Below are positions 56,136 through 64,000 of a stretch of 64,000 nucleotides of DNA, piece after piece (position 1 is the stretch's first letter; each line of letters starts with the position of its first letter). Origin of the DNA: Thermomicrobiales bacterium (lineage in GTDB: Bacteria > Chloroflexota > Chloroflexia > Thermomicrobiales > UBA6265). The notes beneath the pieces were generated by a model. That model was given only the letters and a program-made list of their open reading frames with translations, was not told where the DNA came from and ran no database searches. A program made the translations under genes and the position numbers. The stretch lies in contig JAGQGU010000003.1 of assembly GCA_020432165.1 (NCBI GenBank), forward strand, positions 4,357 through 68,356. The letters run 5' to 3'.

Positions 56136-57935
56136 CTAACTGGCGCTGGTCTGAATCGGCGGCAGATAGTCCTTGGGATCAACCGTGACACCGTCCACGC
56201 GCACCATGAAGTGAACGTGGGGACCGGTGCTCAGGCCCGTACTACCAACCTTCCCGATCTGCTGTCCCTGCGTCACCTGCTGGCCCACACTCACCATCGG
56301 CTGCTCCATCTGGTGACCGTAGATGGTGTGAACACCATTGCCGTGATCGATTTCGACATAGTAACCGAGACCGCAATCGCACCATCCGGAGACGACGACT
56401 GTACCATCGGCAACCGCGTAGATTGGTGTGCCCTGAGTGGCGGCGAGATCGACACCATCGTGAACGGAGCATCCCCAATCGGGATCGTAGCTGTAGAATC
56501 CGAGATTGCTGCAGCCATAGTCCTGGGTAAAGCGATAGGTCTGCAGCGGCATGATGAATCCGGCGGTGCTCGTATCACCAGTATCCGAGACAGTTGTGTC
56601 TGTGCCCGATACCTTGCGCTCAAGCAAGTCCGCGCGCACCCAGCCATCGAGATCGTCGCTACTTACTTCGTACCAGGCATTGCCATCGTCATCGGTCTCG
56701 GGACCCGAGACGATATCGACATTGGTGCCATCCGGCAGCTGGCCAAGAACATCAGCATCGGAGCTGGCACTGGCGCGCACATTCACACCAGCATCGGATT
56801 CGGACTTGATGACAGCCACATCGCCTGCCGTCATGGCATCGGTTTCCACCGGTTCGGCGGTCGCGGTCGAGACAGCCGCTGGTGTAGGTGTCGGATTCGC
56901 TGCAGTGCCATTCGCACGTACCGGGGCGGTACCGGCGGTCAGGAGATCACCAGGGACGTATCCCTGCAGGGTATCCCAACGAACTTCGTACCAGCCATTG
57001 GGAGCCTGTGCGATCACCTCCACCAGCGCCATATGCGGTGCGGTGCCTACAACTTCCGCGTCTGTGTTGGCCTCGGCGTAGACATTGGTGCGGCCTTCAT
57101 CGGCAGTACGAATCACGGCCCAGTCGCCAGCGATATAGACGTAGTCGCCATCATATTCGGTAGTCGGTGTCGTACCCGACTGATCAGAGGTGCCCGGCGT
57201 AATGAGGTAGTTTCCACTCACCCAGCCTTCGTAACCGTCATACTCCACCGGCCACCAGCGCGTACCGTCGCTGTCGTAGACGGTGTCGACATCAGCGATG
57301 CGGAGATTGACGATGGTGCCTTCAGCGAGGCTCACGACAACATCGGCATCGGCAGATGGCTCGGCGCGCATCTTGAGACCATCGCCATTGGCACTCACCT
57401 GGGCGGTGGCATTCGCGAGATCGCCTGTGTAGTCAAAGGGTGTGCCGTTAGTCGCAGTCGTGGTCGCGGTACCGGTGGAGTCATCCACAATAGCCGAATA
57501 GGCCGCATAGTCTTCCGGAGACATCAGGGAGCGACCGTTCATCCAACCAGTCGTGCCATCGATATCGACTGGCCAGTAACGGTCGCCATTCTCGGTGGTC
57601 ACAGAATCCTTAACATCAATCAGCAGGAGAACCGTGGTGCCATTCTCCACATCCTTCAGCACCTCAGCATCCGGATCGGGTTCTGCCAGGAGCGGTGCCG
57701 TGGTACCCGGAGCCACCACAACCGCGGTGATATTCACCAACCCACCAGCGGCATCAACATCGAATGCATCGGCGCTGGAAAGTGCAGGTTCGCTGCTGGC
57801 AGTTGGGGTAGACTCCCCCGTATCGGCATAAACGGTGGCTACCATCGGCAGCACCGACGCGAGCGCGAGTGTGCCGGCCAACGCGAGAGTGCGCATCTGT
57901 GCAGCGATGGTTTGAGATTTCCGTGCGGTATACAC
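56136..57935 (-). CDS. M23-family metallopeptidase with multiple SH3b-like repeats
   Basis: C-terminal HDGVDLAA...GYYVEIDHGNGVHTIYGHQ...GPHVHF. Repeated WY/W.PV...GW(V/M) SH3b-like modules. GTG start after AGGAGG. Confidence 0.9.
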   Translation of the reverse strand: MYTARKSQTIAAQMRTLALAGTLALASVLPMVATVYADTGESTPTASSEPALSSADAFDVDAAGGLVNITAVVVAPGTTAPLLAEPDPDAEVLKDVENGTTVLLLIDVKDSVTTENGDRYWPVDIDGTTGWMNGRSLMSPEDYAAYSAIVDDSTGTATTTATNGTPFDYTGDLANATAQVSANGDGLKMRAEPSADADVVVSLAEGTIVNLRIADVDTVYDSDGTRWWPVEYDGYEGWVSGNYLITPGTSDQSGTTPTTEYDGDYVYIAGDWAVIRTADEGRTNVYAEANTDAEVVGTAPHMALVEVIAQAPNGWYEVRWDTLQGYVPGDLLTAGTAPVRANGTAANPTPTPAAVSTATAEPVETDAMTAGDVAVIKSESDAGVNVRASASSDADVLGQLPDGTNVDIVSGPETDDDGNAWYEVSSDDLDGWVRADLLERKVSGTDTTVSDTGDTSTAGFIMPLQTYRFTQDYGCSNLGFYSYDPDWGCSVHDGVDLAATQGTPIYAVADGTVVVSGWCDCGLGYYVEIDHGNGVHTIYGHQMEQPMVSVGQQVTQGQQIGKVGSTGLSTGPHVHFMVRVDGVTVDPKDYLPPIQTSAS

Positions 57936-58265
57936 TCCGCGTTCCCTCCTGGTTCCCCAAACGGGGAAGAACCGTGATTAGCATTGAATTGCCGCCTGCG
58001 GCATTCGCGAGCTTCCGGAGAACAGCCATTTCCTGAAAGCAACTCCGGGCGGCAAGACCATGTACGGTCAGTGCTATCAACCCACTGCATGGAAGGTACC
58101 AGACTGGACGGAGGTTGTACAACATGTACGTACGCTTAGTCCGTGCAAAGTTATCAACTCGGGTTTCTTCGCCCTCCAATTGGTGCTGATTTTCCGGGTA
58201 ATGGCCGTCAAATCACACTATGCAGAGGCACCCTGTTATCCGCTATACTTGGCGGCTGATGACAT

Positions 58266-58290
58266 GACCGTATCGACGGTCGTTTTGTTG
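58266..58290 (+). terminator. Orphan intrinsic-terminator-like hairpin in the tig upstream region
   Basis: GACCGT-ATCG-ACGGTC followed by GTTTTGTTG, about 150 nt upstream of the tig start. Confidence 0.45.
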
Positions 58291-58436
58291 TGCAATCCCG
58301 GAACTTCCGGGCAATGAACACTGCTCAGTACGCCCATGTGGCCCAGGTCATCGGGGCAATCGCAGATGATGTCTCCCTCCGGAGCGCATCGGCCTCCGTG
58401 CGACGCAGTGTGTATATAAGGAAGGAACGCGCAAGC

Positions 58437-60116
58437 GTGAAACTCACCACCGAACGCAAGCCTGGCAGCATTCTGGAACTGAACATTACGGCGGACGATG
58501 CCGAGTATCAGAAAGCTATCGACGACGCGATCTCGCGCCAGAGCCGCAATGTGCAAATCCCGGGCTTCCGCAAGGGCAAGGCTCCTCGACACATGGTCGA
58601 GCGCTTCTATGGTGGTCGCGAAGTCTTCGCGCAGGATGCCGCCGAGAAGCTGATGGACAAGCTGTACCGCGAGGCCCTGGAGCAGGAAGAGGTCAACCCG
58701 GTTGGTGATCCTGAGCTGACAAGCATGGAACTCGATCCAAGCCTGGTCTTTGTCGTAGCAGTGCCGGTGTACCCGGAGATTGAACTGGGCGACTACACCG
58801 CGGTGCGGGTTGATCCAGTTGACGCTGCCGTCACTGATGAGGATGTGGAAGAAGTCATCACCCGTCTCATCCGTCAGCAGGGCACCTGGAAGGATGTTGA
58901 AGGTCGTAAGCCAATCGAGGGCGACCAGGTCACCATCGACTACACCGTCCATGAGGGCGAGGAAGAGTTCCAGGAACCAGTTGAAGACGCCGTTTGGGTC
59001 ATCGGTGAGACCAATCTGCTCGAGCAGCTCAAGGAGCGCATCGAGGAATTGGAGCCGGGTGAGACTGGCGAGTTCGAGATCTTCTTTGAGGAAGATGATG
59101 AGAGCGCTGATCCGAGCGTGCGCGGCAAGCAGCTGAAGTACAACGTTACGCTGAAGGGTCTCAAGGAGCGCGAGCTCCCTGAGCTCACCGATGAGCTGGC
59201 GAAGGAAATCGGCGATGTCGAAACCGTTGCCGCACTCCGCGAGCAGATCTTCGAGGAGATTCATCAGGGCAAGACTGGTGATGGTCGCAACGAAGTACTG
59301 AACAAGATCGTTGAGGCTGTTGGCGCCGATACCACAATTGATCTGCCTGAGGCGATGATCGAGGAAGAAATCGAGCATCAACTCAGCCACCGCAAGCAGG
59401 ATCTGCAGCGTCAGGGTATCAACTGGGATCAGATGGTGTCAGCCGGCATCATTAATGAAGAGACCTTCAAGGCTGAGTTGCGACCCGATGCTACCCAGCG
59501 CCTGACAAACACACTCATCCTGCAAGAGATCGCTCGTCGCGAGAATATCGAGATCAGCGATGAAGACGTCGATGCCGAGATCGAGAAGATCGCTGGCCCA
59601 ATGCCAGAGGGCGACGATGCTGAGGCCGTGGAACGCGCCAACCGCATGCGCGAGGTCTACAACGGCGATTACTTCCGCAATGTGCTGAAGAATGACCTGT
59701 ACGAGCGCACGTTGACCGATCGCATCATCGATATCGCCACAGAGGGCCAGGGTGCTGTGCTCAACGGCTGGGTGCCGACCGAAAGCTCTGAAGAGAGCGA
59801 AGCCGCCAGCGAGACCAAGCCAACCAAGAGCAGCAAGATGCCGCAGGACGGCGAGGGTGTCGATTGGGTGCCAGGTGATGGTGGTTACGATATCCCGGAT
59901 GGTTTCCCGATCAAGGGCAACGCCAGCAGCAAGATCTATCATCCGGAAGAATCACCGAACTACAGCACCACCATTGCCGAGATCTACTTCGCCAATGGCG
60001 AGGTAGCCGAGGCACATGGCTATCGCCTGCCGAAGACGCTGGAGAAGGCCGCCGCCGAAGCTGGTGAAGCCGCAGCGGATGCTGTTGCCGATCTGATTAA
60101 AGGCGACGACAACTAG
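58437..60116 (+). CDS. tig: Trigger factor with ~110-aa C-terminal extension
   Basis: GTG 58437 follows AAGGAAGGA. VKLTTERKPGSILELNITADDAEY...IPGFRKGKAPRHMVE is the canonical trigger-factor N-terminus. tig-clpP-clpX synteny. Confidence 0.93.
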   Translation: MKLTTERKPGSILELNITADDAEYQKAIDDAISRQSRNVQIPGFRKGKAPRHMVERFYGGREVFAQDAAEKLMDKLYREALEQEEVNPVGDPELTSMELDPSLVFVVAVPVYPEIELGDYTAVRVDPVDAAVTDEDVEEVITRLIRQQGTWKDVEGRKPIEGDQVTIDYTVHEGEEEFQEPVEDAVWVIGETNLLEQLKERIEELEPGETGEFEIFFEEDDESADPSVRGKQLKYNVTLKGLKERELPELTDELAKEIGDVETVAALREQIFEEIHQGKTGDGRNEVLNKIVEAVGADTTIDLPEAMIEEEIEHQLSHRKQDLQRQGINWDQMVSAGIINEETFKAELRPDATQRLTNTLILQEIARRENIEISDEDVDAEIEKIAGPMPEGDDAEAVERANRMREVYNGDYFRNVLKNDLYERTLTDRIIDIATEGQGAVLNGWVPTESSEESEAASETKPTKSSKMPQDGEGVDWVPGDGGYDIPDGFPIKGNASSKIYHPEESPNYSTTIAEIYFANGEVAEAHGYRLPKTLEKAAAEAGEAAADAVADLIKGDDN

Positions 60117-60129
60117 GATTCATTGATGC

Positions 60130-60170
60130 AACGCGGGTGGGGATAGTGCTCCTCACCCGCGTTGGTTGTT
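60130..60170 (+). terminator. Terminator after tig
   Basis: AACGCGGGTG-14 nt-CACCCGCGTT followed by GGTTGTT. Confidence 0.55.
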
Positions 60171-60225
60171 AATGGCCTCGGAGCAGTCGCATCTATGAAA
60201 TCGCTTGTGATAGCGTTGCGGAGAC

Positions 60226-60271
60226 GTAGACCCGGGCCTCGTGCCTGCGAAGCTGCACGAGTTGCCCGGGT
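60226..60271 (+). repeat. REP-like long hairpin with GTAG head
   Basis: GTAG followed by ACCCGGGCCTCGTGC-ctgcgaagct-GCACGAGttGCCCGGGT. Confidence 0.45.
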
Positions 60272-60472
60272 TCCGGCACTCAACAGACGACAACTCCGCC
60301 ATCCGTTCCGGAATTTCGTGATGGACGAAAACTGGAACCCGCCCGACTCGCCGCGACGTTCCGTCACCGGCGAGGGACGGGTCTACTCTTTGTTGCCAGA
60401 TTCTCCTTTCCAGGGATCCAGGCCATTGTGGGGGTCATCGAACACTCAGATGGCCGATACCCTCAGATACCT

Positions 60473-61654
60473 ATGACAGATTCTCTCTATCACTCCTATC
60501 AATGGCTCACGAGCGACGCTGGTACCGTGGCACTTGCCGAGGCGGCTGATCTACGCGCGCGTGGTCTTGGTGACCTCAAGATCGGTGAGGTGCTACGGTG
60601 CGCGCTGACAGCTGAACAAGCGGCGCTGGTATTGACCCAGCTTGATCTACGGGAACGTGCCCGGGTCAAATTCCGCCATGCGGAGCAAATGCTCTTCACG
60701 CGGGCTGGACTGGAGCAAGCAACAAGCGAGGAGATCGCCTCCTATCGGGCCAGGCGCTATGAGAATCAGCCCAACATCATCGATCTCTGCTGTGGCATTG
60801 GCGGCGATCTGATGGCGCTCGCCGCCACGAACACAGACTTAACGGCGGTCGATCTTGATCCGGTGCATCTCCTTCTGGCCGCGTATAACGTCGGTGTGGT
60901 TGCTCCCGGTCACGATCTGAACCTGCTGGAGATGGATGTGAGGAACGTGCCGATTGGTTCCGGCAACACGATCTTCATTGATCCGGCTCGCCGGAACGAC
61001 CGCGGCCGTATGCGTGGCTACGAATGCGAGCCACCGCTCGCATGGGCAATAGAACTCGCCGATCGGGCAGCGGGAGTTGGTATCAAAGCAGCTCCGGGCA
61101 TTCCGCATGAATTGGTGCCGGCCGATTGGGAACTGGAGCTGATCTCAATCGGCCACGATCTCAAGGAAGCGGTATTGTGGAGCCCAGAACTGGCTTCCGC
61201 GACCCGGCAAGCGACAACTGTTGAGGGTGGCACGATCCATTCCCTCCTGCCGGAGGCTGGAGATGAGGTATCGGTGCGTGCAGTACTGCCAGGAGACTGG
61301 CTCCTGGATGTCAATCCAGCGGTAACTAACGCTGGCCTCGTGCAAGATCTCGCTCGGCAGATCGGAGCGGAGCGAATTGATCCCGAGATTGGCTTCCTCG
61401 TTACCGAATCTGAACCAACCACACCGTTCGCCCATGCGTACCGCGTCATTGATGTTCTGCCGTGGCATGAAAAGCGGATCAAAGAAGCGATATCCCGCCA
61501 CGATATCGGTCCAATCGATATCCGTCGCCGCGGTTTACCGGGCGATGTCGACGCCATTACCAGACGTTTGCGCGGCAAGGGCAGTCGGCGCGCAGTGATC
61601 GCCATGACCCGCATGGATGGCGTGCCAACCGCTATCATTTGTGAAGCGCAATGA
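60473..61654 (+). CDS. Class I SAM-dependent methyltransferase (THUMP-like C-terminal region)
   Basis: IIDLCCGIGGDLMALA SAM-binding motif. ATG 60473 (MTDSLYH) preferred over the track start. Confidence 0.65.
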   Translation: MTDSLYHSYQWLTSDAGTVALAEAADLRARGLGDLKIGEVLRCALTAEQAALVLTQLDLRERARVKFRHAEQMLFTRAGLEQATSEEIASYRARRYENQPNIIDLCCGIGGDLMALAATNTDLTAVDLDPVHLLLAAYNVGVVAPGHDLNLLEMDVRNVPIGSGNTIFIDPARRNDRGRMRGYECEPPLAWAIELADRAAGVGIKAAPGIPHELVPADWELELISIGHDLKEAVLWSPELASATRQATTVEGGTIHSLLPEAGDEVSVRAVLPGDWLLDVNPAVTNAGLVQDLARQIGAERIDPEIGFLVTESEPTTPFAHAYRVIDVLPWHEKRIKEAISRHDIGPIDIRRRGLPGDVDAITRRLRGKGSRRAVIAMTRMDGVPTAIICEAQ

Positions 61655-61761
61655 GTGCCAGAGGTTGCCTCTGCGAGTATCATTAGCGATGAGAAACAAA
61701 CCACCCGCGATCATGCTTCACGCTTCTCCGTGGGTGTCGACTTGTTCTAGAAGGACACTCA

Positions 61762-62412
61762 ATGCAAAACCCCGATATCCACGCCTTGATTCCGATGGTG
61801 ATCGAAAGCACCAATCGAGGCGAGCGATCGTTCGATATTTATTCGCGCCTGCTCAAGGATCGCATTATCTTCCTCGGTACTCAGGTTGAGAGCCAAATGG
61901 CCAATCTGATGATCGCGCAGCTGCTCTTCCTGGAGCACGACGATCCGGAAGCCGATATTCATCTCTACATCAATTCGCCTGGTGGTGAGGTCTATAGTGG
62001 TCTCGCCATCTACGACACCATGCGCATGATCCGCCCGGATATCCGCACCTATTGCGTTGGCATGGCAGCCTCCATGGCTGCGGTGCTGCTGGCTGCAGGA
62101 ACCCCAGGCAAGCGGTTCGCGCTACCGAATAGCCGGATCATGATCCACCAGGGCAGCAGCGGCTTCCGCGGCGCTATTCCGGATATCGAGGTGCAGGCCA
62201 AGGAGACCTTCAGCGTCATCAACACGCTCACGCAGATCATGGCCGATCACACCGGTAATTCGTTCGACAAGGTGAAGGCCGATACCCAGCGCGACTACTA
62301 CATGACCGGCGAAGAAGCCCGCACCTACGGATTGGTCGATAAGGTCTTGACACCGGCCGCTCTCGATTTGAGCAAAATCGGTAAGCACGACGAAGTTTCG
62401 GCTGGCGAATAG
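61762..62412 (+). CDS. clpP: ATP-dependent Clp protease proteolytic subunit
   Basis: [38 protein letters not shown]. Confidence 0.97.
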   Translation: MQNPDIHALIPMVIESTNRGERSFDIYSRLLKDRIIFLGTQVESQMANLMIAQLLFLEHDDPEADIHLYINSPGGEVYSGLAIYDTMRMIRPDIRTYCVGMAASMAAVLLAAGTPGKRFALPNSRIMIHQGSSGFRGAIPDIEVQAKETFSVINTLTQIMADHTGNSFDKVKADTQRDYYMTGEEARTYGLVDKVLTPAALDLSKIGKHDEVSAGE

Positions 62413-62433
62413 CCGCTTCCACACGAGGTAGAT

Positions 62434-63675
62434 ATGCGATATCGCTGCTCATTCTGCAATAAGGGTCAGGAGGAAGTTCGCCGCCTGATCGCCGGACCAA
62501 ACGAGGTGTACATTTGCGACGAGTGTGTACAGCTTTGCAAGGAGATCATCAACGAAGAAGAGCCAAAGGAACCAACTTTTGAGCTCGCCGAAGCGAATGT
62601 GCCGACACCCAAGGCACTCTACGATCATCTGAACAACTACATCATCGGGCAGGATCGCGCCAAGAAGATCCTGTCGGTGGCGGTCTATAACCATTACAAG
62701 CGCATCAATGCCAATCTCGACGACGATATCGAGCTGGCCAAGAGTAATGTGTTGCTGGTTGGCCCTACCGGTTCGGGCAAGACTTACCTGGCACAGACTC
62801 TGGCCAAGGTGCTCAATGTGCCCTTCAGCATCGCCGATGCCACCGCTCTCACCGAGGCTGGCTATGTGGGTGAGGATGTCGAGAATATCCTGCTCCGGCT
62901 TATCCAGAATGCGGGCGATGTCGAGCGCGCCGAACGTGGCATCATCTATATCGATGAGATCGACAAGATCAGCCGCAAATCAGACAATCCCAGCATCACG
63001 CGCGATGTTTCCGGCGAAGGTGTGCAGCAGGCCTTGCTCAAGATCATTGAGGGTACGGTGGCAAATGTGCCGCCGCAGGCCGGTCGCAAGCATCCGCACC
63101 AGGAATACATCCAGATCGATACGAAGAACATCCTCTTCATTTGCGGTGGTGCCTTTGAGGGCCTGGAAGAGGTTGTCGAAAAGCGGCTCAACAAGCAATC
63201 GAGCATGGGCTTCGGCAATGTCCAGACCAAGGCCGACAAGGTCGAGAATCCGCTGGCGCATCTGACTCATGACGACCTGATGAAGTACGGTCTGATCCCC
63301 GAGTTTGTCGGGCGTCTGCCCGTTTCGGTCGCGCTCGATCACCTCACCGAAGAAGAATTGATGCGCATCCTCACCGAGCCAAAGAACGCTGTGGTGAAGC
63401 AGTATCAGAAGTTCTTTGATCTGGATGATGTGGAACTCGAGTTCACGGATGACGCCCTGCGCGCCGTGGCGAAGCAGGCCCAGGAGCGCAAGACCGGTGC
63501 CCGCGGACTCCGCACCGCCATCGAAGATGTGCTGCTGGATGTGATGTACGAGATTCCGAGCATGGAGAATGTCCGCAAGTGCGTGGTGAATGGTGATGTT
63601 ATCACCAACCACTCCCGCCCGCTCCTCATGACCGTGAACGATCAGCCGATCGAGTACGAACCACAGACCGCGTAA
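62434..63675 (+). CDS. clpX: ATP-dependent Clp protease ATP-binding subunit ClpX
   Basis: Zinc ribbon CSFCNK...CDEC, Walker [18 protein letters not shown]. Confidence 0.97.
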   Translation: MRYRCSFCNKGQEEVRRLIAGPNEVYICDECVQLCKEIINEEEPKEPTFELAEANVPTPKALYDHLNNYIIGQDRAKKILSVAVYNHYKRINANLDDDIELAKSNVLLVGPTGSGKTYLAQTLAKVLNVPFSIADATALTEAGYVGEDVENILLRLIQNAGDVERAERGIIYIDEIDKISRKSDNPSITRDVSGEGVQQALLKIIEGTVANVPPQAGRKHPHQEYIQIDTKNILFICGGAFEGLEEVVEKRLNKQSSMGFGNVQTKADKVENPLAHLTHDDLMKYGLIPEFVGRLPVSVALDHLTEEELMRILTEPKNAVVKQYQKFFDLDDVELEFTDDALRAVAKQAQERKTGARGLRTAIEDVLLDVMYEIPSMENVRKCVVNGDVITNHSRPLLMTVNDQPIEYEPQTA

Positions 63676-63701
63676 GCATCTGGCGCTTATCAGCAACACG
63701 A

Positions 63702-63734
63702 AAATGCCCTCAGGGATAATCCCTGAGGGCATTT
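63702..63734 (+). terminator. Terminator after clpX
   Basis: AAATGCCCTCAGGG-ataat-CCCTGAGGGCATTT, a perfect 14-bp stem. Confidence 0.65.
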
Positions 63735-63843
63735 CGGTATCCATCTATCAGCTACATACAGCAGCCACATTCCTCCGAACCTTCCTACAAAGAGACGGTA
63801 GAGGGGCTGCTGGTCTGCCCCAAAGGGGAAACTAACTCCCCTG

Positions 63844-64000
63844 CTACTCGTAACTCACGGCAATAGGTAGAGGACCCGTTGTCATGGCTGCCGCACCGAT
63901 CAGCGCACCAGCAGCCAACTGATCCCGGAGTTCTTGCCAGGACTGCAGCAATGTCAGCGGATCGCCCAAAGGATCACGCCAGGCGGCGATGGCTTGCTGG
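63844..64000 (-). CDS. 3' end of an unidentified CDS entering from beyond the window
   Basis: Minus-strand frame open from the window edge to TAG at 63846-63844 (…QQAIAAWRDPLGDPLTLLQSWQELRDQLAAGALIGAAAMTTGPLPIAVSYE*). Too short to identify. Confidence 0.3.
   Translation of the reverse strand, partial: QQAIAAWRDPLGDPLTLLQSWQELRDQLAAGALIGAAAMTTGPLPIAVSYE

Noticed and set aside
57936-58110. Possible cyclic-di-AMP (ydaO-type) riboswitch upstream of the M23 cell-wall hydrolase.
   Set aside because: The context is suggestive. However, I could not find the conserved ydaO core strings (GGGGA..CCCA / GGGGUGAAUC / CAGCUAACC-like) on the minus strand, only a generic hairpin. A covariance-model scan is needed.
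60162-60476. 104-aa R-rich ORF and the 84-aa antisense ORF between tig and the methyltransferase.
   Set aside because: The composition is Arg/Pro-rich and not protein-like. The ORFs overlap a REP-like hairpin and have no Shine-Dalgarno.
1-64000. CRISPR arrays, rRNA genes, transposase/IS elements, and toxin-antitoxin pairs outside the island.
   Set aside because: No regularly spaced direct repeats, no rRNA-like conserved strings, and no DDE or Y1 transposase ORFs were seen on either strand.

Overview
GC-rich bacterial chromosomal segment. Gene content and a GAAC-N4-GTTC SOS box suggest a Terrabacteria-type lineage such as Chloroflexota or Actinomycetota; that is inference only. Most of the window is ordinary core genome: holA (5'-truncated)/rpsT, murJ, an ECF sigma/anti-sigma pair, lepA, a yabN-like gene, aspS, a seven-gene pentose-phosphate operon (tkt-tal-gnd-zwf-opcA-pgl-rpiA), amt, a NarL-type two-component system, an M23/SH3b peptidase, and tig-(methyltransferase)-clpP-clpX. 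RNA genes are RNase P RNA and tRNA-His(GUG), adjacent on the minus strand. Three things stand out. (1) A ~6.8-kb integrative element sits in the 3' half of tRNA-His (7689-14525), bounded by 73/75-bp direct repeats. It carries a tyrosine integrase, an excisionase-like HTH, a PrimPol-type replicase, an XRE regulator and a membrane-anchored unknown. It also carries a cargo module in which an intact SRAP (SOS-response-associated peptidase, MCGR start) is translationally coupled to an unknown small protein. A divergent paralogue of that small protein lies on the other side of a promoter holding a perfect AGAAC-N4-GTTCT LexA-type box. This SRAP plus paired-paralogue module is my best candidate for an undescribed system. 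(2) M20 amidohydrolases are heavily amplified: two near-identical AbgB-like genes (1442-4193) and five tandem M20D paralogues (28125-34566). (3) A REP/BIME-like family of GTAG-headed GC-rich hairpins is scattered through intergenic regions. Many very long ORFs antisense to real genes are present and were rejected as GC artefacts. No CRISPR array was seen.
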